Origin: an uncultured Steroidobacteraceae bacterium
GTDB taxonomy: Bacteria > Pseudomonadota > Gammaproteobacteria > Steroidobacterales > Steroidobacteraceae
Length of the DNA stretch: 64,000 bases
NCBI GenBank assembly: GCA_964657625.1
Contig: CAZZVN010000008.1
Coordinates: forward strand, 4,639-68,638
Direction of reading: 5' to 3'
This document shows, one piece after another, positions 24,941 through 33,753 of this stretch (its first letter is position 1; every line of letters starts with the position of its first letter). Below the pieces are notes generated by a model. It was not told where the DNA came from, ran no database searches, and saw nothing but the letters and a program-made list of their open reading frames with translations. The translations under genes were made by a program, and so were the position numbers.

Positions 24941-26220
24941 GACGCCCTCAGCAGGTCGGCGAGGGCGCAGGCCACGGTGGCGGTCGCGCGCCGCAAATCA
25001 TGCAGGCGCAGACATTCGTCGGCGCCGTGGCCGTGGGCTTCCTGCAAGGAGTGCGGCCCCGCGCCGTACAGCACGGTGGGCACGCCGGCCGCGGCGTAGT
25101 GCCGCGCGTCGGTGTAGAGCGGCACGCCGTGTTCGAGGATGGGTTCGCCGAAGCACTGCGCGCCGTTCACCTGCAGCGCCTCGGTCAGCTTCTCGGCACC
25201 CGCCAGCTTCACCAGCGGCAGCGCCAGCAGGATGCGACGGACCTCTACGCTGATGCCCGCGCAGGAAGCGGCGGCATGCTCGATCAGCGCGCGCAGTTCC
25301 GCCTCCACGGCCGCCGGCGATTCCTCCGGGATGATGCGCCGGTCGAGACGAAAACGGACGCGGTCGGGCACCACGTTGGTGTTGATACCGCCCTCGATCA
25401 GCCCCACGTTCAGGGTCGGATGATCGATGCCGCTCACCGCCGAGCGGCGCGTCGCAAGCGCGTCACGCGAGTCGTACAACGCCGTCAGCACGCGCGTGGC
25501 GGCCGCGAGCGCGTCACGGCCGGTGTCCGGCATGGCGGCGTGGCCCTGGCGTCCGCGCACCGTCACTTCGAGATGCAGACAGCCGTTGTGCGCAGTGGTC
25601 ACTGCGTACGAAAACCCCGCGCTCAGCGCGTAGTCCGGCCGGCTGATGCCCTGCTCCAGCAGCCAGCGTGGGCCGATGTCGCCGCCGGTCTCCTCGTCGT
25701 AGGTGAAATGCAACTCGATGCTCCCGCCGAGCGGATGACCCTGCGCCGCGAGCTCGCGCAGCGACAACAAGGCGTATGTGTACGTGCTGAAATCCGATTT
25801 GCTCACGGCCACGCCGCGACCGTACATCACCGGACCTTGCGCGGCGTCCGCCACCACCGCCGCAGCGTAGGGATCGTGCGTCCAGCCCTCGCCCGGCGGC
25901 ACCACGTCGCCGTGCGCGTTGAGCGCGATGCAAGGACCCGCGGCGCCGAATCGATGCCGCACGATCAGGTTGGTGGCCGACACCATGCCCACCGCGTCGA
26001 GCGCCGCCGGCGACGGTACGAAACGCTCCACGGTCAGCCCAAGCCCCTCCAACCACCGCGCCGCCACCTCGGCATGCGCCGCGCAATCACCCGGCGGATT
26101 GTCGGTCGGGACCTGCACCAGCGCCGCGAGGAACTCGCATTGCGCCGCGAAATGTTCGTCCACCCAGCTGCGCAGGAAGGCAGCAGGCCCGCGGGAAAGA
26201 ATCGCATCCATCATTCGCAT
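24937..26220 (-). CDS. M20-family metallohydrolase, ArgE/DapE/ACY1-like
   Basis: LNAHGDVVPPGEGWTHDPY...GRGVAVSKS...FTYDEETGG...HNGCLHLEVTVRGRQGHAAMP...TLNVGLIEGGINTNVVP are M20 catalytic and dimerisation-domain blocks. Start at 26220, 26214 or 26211. Overlaps on both sides (ATGA with the hydrolase gene). Confidence 0.8.
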   Translation of the reverse strand: MRMMDAILSRGPAAFLRSWVDEHFAAQCEFLAALVQVPTDNPPGDCAAHAEVAARWLEGLGLTVERFVPSPAALDAVGMVSATNLIVRHRFGAAGPCIALNAHGDVVPPGEGWTHDPYAAAVVADAAQGPVMYGRGVAVSKSDFSTYTYALLSLRELAAQGHPLGGSIELHFTYDEETGGDIGPRWLLEQGISRPDYALSAGFSYAVTTAHNGCLHLEVTVRGRQGHAAMPDTGRDALAAATRVLTALYDSRDALATRRSAVSGIDHPTLNVGLIEGGINTNVVPDRVRFRLDRRIIPEESPAAVEAELRALIEHAAASCAGISVEVRRILLALPLVKLAGAEKLTEALQVNGAQCFGEPILEHGVPLYTDARHYAAAGVPTVLYGAGPHSLQEAHGHGADECLRLHDLRRATATVACALADLLRAS

Positions 26221-27959
26221 ACCTCGACGTGCTGCAGGAAATCCTCGAACACCTGTGCCGCGATCCCGGCGTCCGTCGCGCTCAAACTCTCCGCCGGATG
26301 GTGGCTGATGCCGCCGTTGCCGCAGCGCACGAACAGCATGCCGACGTCGGTGAGCCGCGCCATCATCATCGCGTCGTGGCCCGCCCCGCTCGGCAGGTGC
26401 GCAGCCTCGGTGCCGGTGACCCGCCGCACGCTCTCCCCGAGTGCCCGTCGCAGTCGCGCCGTGCATTCGATGCCGGCGGCCTGGACCACCCGTTCCTGCC
26501 GCACGGATACCCGGCGCCGTGCCGCGATGGCGTCAATTTCGCGCCCGAGGTCCGCCTCGGCCGCAGCGAGCAGGGGCTCGTTGCTGCTGCGCAGGTCGAT
26601 GCTCAGCTCGCAGCGCCCTGCGATCACGTTCATGGCGCCACCGGGGACCGTCAGCTGGCCCACGGTGCCGACCAGACCCGCTTCGCCGCTGCAGCGCCGC
26701 TCGACGGCCAGCACGATCTCGGCGGCGGCGGCGGCGGCGTCACGGCGCAGGCCCATCGGCACGGTGCCCGCGTGCCCGGCGAGGCCGGTCACCGTCACGA
26801 CACTGCGCCGGCTGCCGGCGATGCCAGTGACCACGCCCACCGCTCGGCCGGCCTCGAGCAGCACCGGTCCTTGTTCGATGTGCACCTCGACGAAACCCGA
26901 CACGCGCCGTGGATCGCGCGCGAGGGCGCCGATGGCGGCCGCGTCGTGACCGGCGGCGGCGAGCGCCGCGCCGAGCGTCGTGCCGCCGGCATCACTGCGC
27001 TCGAGCACCGCATCCTCGAACAGTCCGCAAACGGCCCGGCTGCCGAGAAAGGTGGACTTGAAGCGCACGCCCTCCTCCTCGGCGAAGGCAATGATCTCCA
27101 GCTCGTAGGGCAGCCGCACGCCGGCCCGGCGCAGCGTACCGGCCACCAGGATGGGCAGCAGGATGCCGAGCCGGCCGTCGTACCTGCCGCCGTTGATGAC
27201 GGTGTCGTAGTGCGATCCCGTCAGCAGACGCCGCGCGCCGGGCGCGGGGTCCGCCGCACCGCCGGGCAGCACGCCCACCACGTTGCCGACGGCGTCGATG
27301 TGTGCCGCGAGACCGGCAGCCAGCATGAACTCGCGGATGCGCGCGGCCGTCGCGCGGTGGGCGGGCGTGAGGTACGTACAGGTCAGTGCACCCGGCTCGT
27401 CGCTGAAGCGCGCGAGATCGTCGGCCATGGCGAGCAGGGCGGCCCCCGGCGGCTCGGTGACGAGGTCGGCGAGCCGGAAGAAGGCGATGCGGCAGATTTC
27501 CTGCAGGGCGACCCGTCGTTCGTCGGCGGCCGCGTTGGGCAGGCGACGCTCGAACTCGGCAATCACGCTGTCCGGCGTATGACCTTTGACCGCCAGCACG
27601 AAGGGAAAGCCGAAACGCGCGGCGTAGGCGGCATTGTAGGTCTGCAGCCGGGCGAGCTGCGCCGGCGTGCAGGTCGACAGACCCGCCCCGAGTTGCTCGC
27701 CAGTGGAGGCGGCGGTGAGTTCGCCGCGGACCGCGGCCCGTCCCGCAAGCTCCGGGTGCTCGCGGATGAGCGCGAGCTGTGCCGCCGCGTCGGCCTCGAG
27801 GACGGCCGTGCTGAGGGCGCCGTGCAAGGCGAGCACGCTCGTGAACGGCCGCGCACCGGTGACCCGCGCCGGAATCCAGGGCGAGTGTTCGAAGATCGAG
27901 CCGAGCGCGGCAACGAATTCCGGTGCGGGCGCGAGGTTCAGGTGCTCGAGCGTGATCAT
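26211..27959 (-). CDS. uraD-allC: Fusion protein: OHCU decarboxylase (UraD) N-terminal domain plus allantoate amidohydrolase-type M20 (AllC/AmaB) domain
   Basis: N-terminal ~165 aa: FVAALGSIFEHSPWI...IREHPELAG...FPFVLAVKGHT (UraD). The remainder: GNVVGVLPG...LLTGSHYDTVINGGRYDGRLGIL...IIAFAEEEGVRF...VEVHIEQGPVLE...GHAGTVPM...SGAGHDAM (AllC/carbamoylase type). ATG 27959 overlaps the puuE stop. Confidence 0.85.
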   Translation of the reverse strand: MITLEHLNLAPAPEFVAALGSIFEHSPWIPARVTGARPFTSVLALHGALSTAVLEADAAAQLALIREHPELAGRAAVRGELTAASTGEQLGAGLSTCTPAQLARLQTYNAAYAARFGFPFVLAVKGHTPDSVIAEFERRLPNAAADERRVALQEICRIAFFRLADLVTEPPGAALLAMADDLARFSDEPGALTCTYLTPAHRATAARIREFMLAAGLAAHIDAVGNVVGVLPGGAADPAPGARRLLTGSHYDTVINGGRYDGRLGILLPILVAGTLRRAGVRLPYELEIIAFAEEEGVRFKSTFLGSRAVCGLFEDAVLERSDAGGTTLGAALAAAGHDAAAIGALARDPRRVSGFVEVHIEQGPVLLEAGRAVGVVTGIAGSRRSVVTVTGLAGHAGTVPMGLRRDAAAAAAEIVLAVERRCSGEAGLVGTVGQLTVPGGAMNVIAGRCELSIDLRSSNEPLLAAAEADLGREIDAIAARRRVSVRQERVVQAAGIECTARLRRALGESVRRVTGTEAAHLPSGAGHDAMMMARLTDVGMLFVRCGNGGISHHPAESLSATDAGIAAQVFEDFLQHVEVCE

Positions 27960-28966
27960 GGCGTGGGCGTGGGCGTGGGCGTGGGCGGGCGACCCTGCGC
28001 GGGATGGGTGGCCAGCCAGTGACGGGCGATGTCGATGCGCCGGCATATCCACACCCGCTCGTGTCCGCATACGTAATCCAAAAAACGTTCGAGTGCGGCG
28101 ATGCGCCCGGGACGACCGCACAGCCGGGCATGCAGTCCGATGGACAGCATGGTCGGCTGATCCAGACCGGCGGGATCGCCCTCGCGGTACAGGGTGTCGA
28201 AGGAGTCCTTCAAATAGTCGAAGAATTGCGTGCCGGAGTTGAACCCTTGCATTGCGGCGAAGCGCATGTCGTTGCTGTCGAGCGCATAGGGGACCACGAG
28301 ATGCGGCACGAGCGGCGGCTGCGCGTGCGCGTGCGCGCCCGAACGCGCGTGCGCGGCGGCGCGCACCGGTACGTGGGTCCAGTAGGGCAGGTCGTCCGCG
28401 TAGGAATCGGCGTCGTACACGAAGCCGCCGTGTTCGACGACCAGACGGCGGGTGTTGGGACTGTCGCGCCCCGTGTACCAGCCGAGCGGGGCCGCTCCCG
28501 TCGTCTCGCGAAACAGCGCCACCGCCTGTTCGAGATGGGCGCGTTCGCCGGCTTCGTCCATGTGTTGATACGAAATCCAGCGCAGCCCGTGGCAGGCTAT
28601 CTCGTGGCCCGCCTCGTTATAGGCGGCCACGGCCTCCGGGTGACGGGCGAGCGCGAGCGCGACGCCGAACACGGTGAGCGGCAGCCGGCGCCGTTCGAAG
28701 GCGCGCAGCACGCGCCACAAGCCCGCACGGGAACCATACTCGAACATCGATTCCATGCTCATGTGGCGCATCGGAAAAGCCGTCGCGCCGATGATCTCCG
28801 AGAGGAACGTCTCCGACGCCGGATCGCCGTCTAGGACGCAGTTCTCGGCGCCCTCTTCGTGATTGAGCACGAACTGCAGCGCGACCCGGGCGCCGTTCGG
28901 CCAGCGCGGGTGCGGCGGTCGCCGGCCATAGCCGCGCAGGTCGCGAGGGTAGGCGACTTCGGTCAC
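27956..28966 (-). CDS. puuE: Allantoinase, PuuE type (polysaccharide-deacetylase fold)
   Basis: AYPRDLRGYG...WPNGARVALQFVLNHEEGAE...ESMFEYGSRAG...FGVALALARHPE...GHEIACHGLRW...LVVPYALDSNDMRF...LSIGLHARL is the PuuE signature. GTG 28966 overlaps the puuD stop (GTGA). Confidence 0.9.
   Translation of the reverse strand: MTEVAYPRDLRGYGRRPPHPRWPNGARVALQFVLNHEEGAENCVLDGDPASETFLSEIIGATAFPMRHMSMESMFEYGSRAGLWRVLRAFERRRLPLTVFGVALALARHPEAVAAYNEAGHEIACHGLRWISYQHMDEAGERAHLEQAVALFRETTGAAPLGWYTGRDSPNTRRLVVEHGGFVYDADSYADDLPYWTHVPVRAAAHARSGAHAHAQPPLVPHLVVPYALDSNDMRFAAMQGFNSGTQFFDYLKDSFDTLYREGDPAGLDQPTMLSIGLHARLCGRPGRIAALERFLDYVCGHERVWICRRIDIARHWLATHPAQGRPPTPTPTPTP
27961..27984. repeat. Hexanucleotide tandem repeat (GCGTGG)x4
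   Basis: Read directly. On the minus strand (CCACGC)4 encodes the TPTPTPTP C-terminal tail of PuuE. The repeat ends 1 nt before the uraD-allC start codon. Confidence 0.95.
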
Positions 28967-30174
28967 CGGTGCGCGCCCTGGTCGATCCACGCGAGCAACC
29001 GGCTGCGCTCGTCCTCCGTCATGCCGGTGAGGTTGCCGATGGGCATGGCGCGGGCGGCGACCTGGGGTCCCATGAGGGCGGCGTGGGTGACGATGCCTTC
29101 CGGCGTGTCCAGCAGCAATCCCTTGGGCGCGGTGGCAAAGCCTGGCTGGGTGGGGTTGGCGGCATGGCAGGGTGCGCAGCGCACGGCGACGATGTGCTGG
29201 ACGTCGCCCAGGCGCAGCGCGCTGCCGGACGCGGTGCTCCCCGGCGCGGCGTGGCGCGGGGTGAGCGCGGCCGCGGTGGCGGCGATCAGCAGCACGCCGA
29301 TGACGGCGGCCCAGGGCGAGGTCTTGCCGCCGCGCTCGTGGCGCCGGTGACGGGCGACGAAATACACGCGTATCGAAGCGCCGGCCGCGCACAGGGCGAT
29401 CAGCACCAGCCAGTTGTAGCGCGCGCCGAAGGTCAGCGCATAGTGGTTGCTGAGCATGGTGAACAGCACGGGGAGCGTGAAGTACGTGTTGTGCACGGAG
29501 CGCAGTTTGCCGCGCAGGCCCGCCTGCGGGTCCGGGTCGCGGCCTTCCCGCTTGGCGCGCACCATGGCGCGCTGGCCCGGGATGATGACGAAGAATACGT
29601 TCGCCACCATGATGGCGCCGAGCATCGCGCCGAACTCGATGAACGCGCCGCGGCCGCTGAACAGATGACACAGTGCGTAGGCCGCCGCGGCCGCCAGCAG
29701 CGCGATGAGAGCGCCGAGCCAGGCGCCGTGCCGGGCGAGGGCGCTGCGGCACAGCGCATCGTAGACCAGCCAGCCGCCGACGATGAAACCCAGCCCCCAG
29801 GCGATGGCCGCGGGTTTGCTCAAGTCGGCGACGCGGGGATCGATGAGGTAGAGGTCGGCCTGTGCGTAGTACAGCAGCCCGAGCAGAAAGAACCCGGACA
29901 GGAACGTCGAGTAGGCCTCCCAGTAGAACCAGTGCAGCGAGTCGGGCACGGTGTGCGGCGCGACGCGGTATTTCTGGGCGTTGTAGAAGCCGCCGCCGTG
30001 TACCGCCCACAGCTCGCCGCCCACCCCTTTCTCTCGCGAGGCCGCGTCCGCGGGCGCGAGCAGATGATCGTCCAGCCAGACGAAATAGAACGAGGCGCCG
30101 ATCCAGGCGATCCCGGTGATCAGATGCACCCAGCGGCCGAGCAGACCCAGCCAGTCGATCAGGTAGGCGTTCAT
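28963..30174 (-). CDS. puuD: Urate hydroxylase PuuD (integral-membrane cytochrome c urate oxidase)
   Basis: MNAYLIDWLGLLGRWVHLITGIAWIGASFYFVWLDD...GELWAVHGGGFYNAQKY...LHWFYWEAYSTFLSGF, several TM segments, and a C-terminal haem-c site CAPCH. Confidence 0.9.
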   Translation of the reverse strand: MNAYLIDWLGLLGRWVHLITGIAWIGASFYFVWLDDHLLAPADAASREKGVGGELWAVHGGGFYNAQKYRVAPHTVPDSLHWFYWEAYSTFLSGFFLLGLLYYAQADLYLIDPRVADLSKPAAIAWGLGFIVGGWLVYDALCRSALARHGAWLGALIALLAAAAAYALCHLFSGRGAFIEFGAMLGAIMVANVFFVIIPGQRAMVRAKREGRDPDPQAGLRGKLRSVHNTYFTLPVLFTMLSNHYALTFGARYNWLVLIALCAAGASIRVYFVARHRRHERGGKTSPWAAVIGVLLIAATAAALTPRHAAPGSTASGSALRLGDVQHIVAVRCAPCHAANPTQPGFATAPKGLLLDTPEGIVTHAALMGPQVAARAMPIGNLTGMTEDERSRLLAWIDQGAHR

Positions 30175-30186
30175 GAGTGGCGCTCG

Positions 30187-31113
30187 TCACGCATCGGGGT
30201 GAAAAGTCTTGCCGAGCGATGCCGGCTGGTTCAGCAGGATGGTCTTCGGGTCGCGGCAGATGACGACCAGCACCACGATCGTCGCGACGTACGGCAGCAT
30301 GGAGAGGATCTCGCTCGGCACCCGCAGGCCGAGACCCTGTGCGTTCAATTGCAGAATGGTCACGCCGCCGAACAGGTAGGCGCCGAGCAGGACGCGAAAC
30401 GGCTTCCAGGTGGCGAACACCACCAGCGCGAGGGCGATCCAACCGCGCCCGGCGCTCATGCCCTCGACCCACATCGGCGTCATGGCGGTGGACAGGTACG
30501 CCCCGGCGACGCCGCTGGTGGCGCCGCCGAACAGCACCGCGAGGTACCGCGTCAGCAGCACGGGCTGGCCCAGCGCATGAGCCACAGCGGGCGACTCGCC
30601 GACGGCGCGCAGCTGCAGCCCCGCGTGCGTGCGATTGAGGACGTACTCGAGCACCCCGTACAGGAGCAGCGATCCGTACACGGCCACATCGAAACGGAAC
30701 AGCAGAGGACCGAGCACGGGCACGTCGCGCAGGCCCGGCAGACTGAGCGCATGCAGACCCTCGATGGGCAGGCCTGCGAACTTGCGACCCGCGAACGCGC
30801 TCAACCCCAGCCCGAACAGCGTCAGGGCGAGACCGGTCGCTACTTGATTGGCCTGCAGACTCAAGGTCAGCACGGCGAACAGCAGTGCCATCGTCATCGA
30901 TGCGACGATCGCCGCGAGGTAGCCCAACGCGAGACTTCCCGTGCTGACGCCCACGGCGAACGCGGCGAGCGCACCCACCAGCATCATGCCCTCGACGCCG
31001 AGGTTCAGCACCCCCGCCCGTTCCGCGACCAACTCGCCGAGCGCGGCATAGATCAGGGGCGTGGCGGCGACGACGGTGCCGGTGAAGATGGCGACCACGA
31101 ACCCGACATTCAT
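30187..31113 (-). CDS. ABC transporter permease (BMP/nucleoside-purine type)
   Basis: 308 aa polytopic protein of the branched-chain/ribose-like permease fold (GELVAERAGVLNLGVEGMM). 4-nt overlap with the upstream permease gene. Confidence 0.85.
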   Translation of the reverse strand: MNVGFVVAIFTGTVVAATPLIYAALGELVAERAGVLNLGVEGMMLVGALAAFAVGVSTGSLALGYLAAIVASMTMALLFAVLTLSLQANQVATGLALTLFGLGLSAFAGRKFAGLPIEGLHALSLPGLRDVPVLGPLLFRFDVAVYGSLLLYGVLEYVLNRTHAGLQLRAVGESPAVAHALGQPVLLTRYLAVLFGGATSGVAGAYLSTAMTPMWVEGMSAGRGWIALALVVFATWKPFRVLLGAYLFGGVTILQLNAQGLGLRVPSEILSMLPYVATIVVLVVICRDPKTILLNQPASLGKTFHPDA

Positions 31114-32198
31114 GCGGGCGTGCTCCGCGGCGAGGATGCCCGGCGCAGCCGGAACCCGACGAACAGATCGGCCGCCAGCAGATAGAACAGCAAGAGCCCC
31201 TGGAACAGCCCGGTGACCGCAGCCGGCAGCTGCAGACCGAGCTGGACCGATTCGCCGCCCAGATACAGCAACGACATGAGCAGGGCGGCGAGCACGATGC
31301 CGACCGGATGCAACCGGCCGACGAAGGCGACGATGATGGCGGCGAAACCGTAGCCGGGCGAGATGTCGGTCTGCAGCCGGCCGATGGGCCCCGCCACCTC
31401 GCAGACCCCTGCGAGCCCCGCCGCGCTGCCGCCGAGCAGCAGCGCCAGCCAGACGTTGCGGCGCTCGCTGAAACCCGCGTAGGCCGCGGCGGCGGGAGCC
31501 TGGCCGGAAACCCGCAAACGAAAACCCGCGAACAGCCGGCTCGAGAAGAACCAGGACAGCCCGGCGAGGACGAGCATGACCACGAAGGCGATCGTCGCGC
31601 GCTGGCCTTCCATCAGCACCGGCAGGATGAGGCGGTCGTCGAACGGCTTGGACTGCGGAAAATTGAAGCCCTCCGGATCGCGCCAGGCACCGTGCAAGAG
31701 ATAGCCGAGCAGCAGCTGGGCGATGTAGACCAGCATGAGGCTCACCAGGATCTCGCTGGTGTTGAAACGGGTGCGCAGCAGCGCGGGGAGCGCGGCCCAG
31801 GCGGCCCCACCGGCGATGCCGGCGAGCAGCATGGCAGGCAGCGCCAGACGGCCGAGCGCGTCGCTCGCGAACAGCGCCACCCCGCCGCCGCAGAGGGCGC
31901 CCAGGGTGAGCTGCCCTTCAGCGCCGATGTTCCAGACGTTGGCGGCATAGCCCACCGCCAGTCCCAAGCCGCACAGCGCAAGCGGCGTGGCCTTCAAGAA
32001 CAGCTCCCCCCAGCCGTACAGGGAGTTCAACGGCTCGATGAAAAAAAGTTCGAGCGCCGGCAGCGGCTCCTTGCCCAGCAGGGAAAAAATCACGAAGCTG
32101 GTCGCCAGCATGGCGGCGACGGCGATCAGCGGCGATGCGAAACGCATGACCACGGACGGCGCGGCGCGTTTCTCCAGACGCCAGGGCAGCTCAAGCAC
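31110..32198 (-). CDS. ABC transporter permease (BMP/nucleoside-purine type)
   Basis: 362 aa polytopic protein (NVWNIGAEGQLTLGAL). 8-nt overlap with the ATPase gene. Confidence 0.85.
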   Translation of the reverse strand: MLELPWRLEKRAAPSVVMRFASPLIAVAAMLATSFVIFSLLGKEPLPALELFFIEPLNSLYGWGELFLKATPLALCGLGLAVGYAANVWNIGAEGQLTLGALCGGGVALFASDALGRLALPAMLLAGIAGGAAWAALPALLRTRFNTSEILVSLMLVYIAQLLLGYLLHGAWRDPEGFNFPQSKPFDDRLILPVLMEGQRATIAFVVMLVLAGLSWFFSSRLFAGFRLRVSGQAPAAAAYAGFSERRNVWLALLLGGSAAGLAGVCEVAGPIGRLQTDISPGYGFAAIIVAFVGRLHPVGIVLAALLMSLLYLGGESVQLGLQLPAAVTGLFQGLLLFYLLAADLFVGFRLRRASSPRSTPA

Positions 32199-33753
32199 GG
32201 GCGACTCCCGCCGCAGTGCCGCCGGCCGCGGCGCTCGCCCCGGCCATCAGCAAACCCACCTGTTCGACGCTCAGCGACGCCCGCGGCTGCGGTGCGGACA
32301 GGCGGCCCGCCGCGAGCACCGCGATGCGATCACAGAGGGTGAACAACTCGTCGAGTTCCTCGGAAACGATGAGCAATGCGCAACCGGCGTCGCGCAGGGC
32401 GATGAGCGCACGATGAATGAGCTGTGCGGCGCCGACGTCGACGCCCCAGGTTGGCTGCGCCACGAGCATGACCTTCGGCGCCAGCCGGATCTCGCGGCCG
32501 ACGATGAATTTCTGCAGATTGCCGCCCGAGAGGCGTTCGGCCGCCGCCTCCTCGCCGCTGCAGCGCACGTCGAAGGCGTCGATGGTGGCGCGTGCGGAGG
32601 CGCGCGCCGCCGCCCGGTCGACCAGGCCGTGATGCACCAGCCCCGTGTGTCCCCCCGTGAGCAGGGCGTTGTTGACCAACGACATGGTGGGCACGGCACC
32701 GCGTCCCAGGCGCTCCTCCGGCACGAAGCCGAAGCCCAATGCGCGCCGTTCGGCGGCGCCCAGATGCTCGACGCGACTACCGCACAGGCTCAGGGTTCCG
32801 CTGTGGGGACCCTTGGACTCGCCCGACAGGGCGGCGAGCAGCTCCTTCTGGCCGTTGCCCGACACGCCTGCGATGCCGACCAGTTCACCGGCGCGAACTT
32901 CGAGATCGAGCTCGCGCAGCGCCACGCCGAACGGGTCGCGCGCCGGCTGTGAGTAGCCGCTCAAGGCGAGGCGGACCTCGCCCGTCGCGTGCGCGAGCAG
33001 GGGCTGCTCGCCGAGGTCGGTGCCCACCATCATGCGCGCGAGCGACGCGTTCGATTCCTCGCGCGGCCGCGCCGTGCCGCTGACCTTGCCGGCGCGCAGC
33101 ACGGTGGCGTTGTCGCACAGCGTACGGATCTCGTCGAGCTTGTGGCTGATGTAGAGGATGCTCATGCCGTCGGCCGCGAGCCTGCGCAGCGTATCGAACA
33201 ACTGTCGCACGGCCTGCGGCGTGAGCACCGAGGTCGGCTCGTCCATGATCAAGAGCTGCGGCGTCTGCAGCAGGCAGCGGACTATTTCCACCCGCTGCCG
33301 TTCGCCCACCGACATGTCGTGCACACGCCGTTGTGGATCGATGGGCAGTCCGTAGCGTTCGGCCACCGCCAGAATGCGGGGCGCGAGGGCCGCCGGTGCG
33401 ACGCGTTCATCCAGGGCGAGGCAGATGTTCTCCGCGACGCTCAAGGTTTCGAACAAGGCGAAATGCTGGAACACCATGCCGATCTTCAGGCGGCGGGCCT
33501 CGGCGGGGCTGTGGATGACGACGTCGCGGCCTTCCCACTCGATGCGTCCGGCATCGGGCCGGATGACGCCGTAGACGATCTTCATCAACGTGCTCTTGCC
33601 GGCGCCGTTCTCGCCCATGAGCGCGTGGATCTCGCCGGCGTGCACGGTGAGGTCGATGCCGTCGTTGGCGACCAGCGTGGGGTAGCGCTTGGTGATGCCG
33701 CGCAGGGCGAGCCGTGGCGCCGTGGGCGCGCGCATGAGGGGGCTAGGAACCAC
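32191..33753 (-). CDS. ABC transporter ATP-binding protein (duplicated ATPase)
   Basis: Two cassettes: Walker A GENGAGKST and LSVGERQRVEI, then GVSGNGQKEL and LSGGNLQK. Start at 33753 (11-nt overlap with uraH) or 33735. Confidence 0.9.
   Translation of the reverse strand: MVPSPLMRAPTAPRLALRGITKRYPTLVANDGIDLTVHAGEIHALMGENGAGKSTLMKIVYGVIRPDAGRIEWEGRDVVIHSPAEARRLKIGMVFQHFALFETLSVAENICLALDERVAPAALAPRILAVAERYGLPIDPQRRVHDMSVGERQRVEIVRCLLQTPQLLIMDEPTSVLTPQAVRQLFDTLRRLAADGMSILYISHKLDEIRTLCDNATVLRAGKVSGTARPREESNASLARMMVGTDLGEQPLLAHATGEVRLALSGYSQPARDPFGVALRELDLEVRAGELVGIAGVSGNGQKELLAALSGESKGPHSGTLSLCGSRVEHLGAAERRALGFGFVPEERLGRGAVPTMSLVNNALLTGGHTGLVHHGLVDRAAARASARATIDAFDVRCSGEEAAAERLSGGNLQKFIVGREIRLAPKVMLVAQPTWGVDVGAAQLIHRALIALRDAGCALLIVSEELDELFTLCDRIAVLAAGRLSAPQPRASLSVEQVGLLMAGASAAAGGTAAGVARA

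Noticed and set aside
27959-28121. N-terminal extension of the uraD-allC ORF containing HAHAHAHA.
   Set aside because: It is the out-of-frame reading of the (GCGTGG)4 repeat and of the puuE 3' end. UraD homology starts at MITLEHL (ATG 27959), which overlaps the puuE stop.
27956-30472. Apparent 838-aa ORF on the minus strand (and likewise 33743-35197, 22272-24098, 24937-26466, 51726-54128, 60710-62428, 19069-20829, 8366-10102).
   Set aside because: Only the 3' portions match protein families. The 5' extensions overlap the upstream gene in another frame and read as low-complexity Arg-rich sequence. Starts were reset to internal ATG/GTG codons that overlap or abut the upstream stop.
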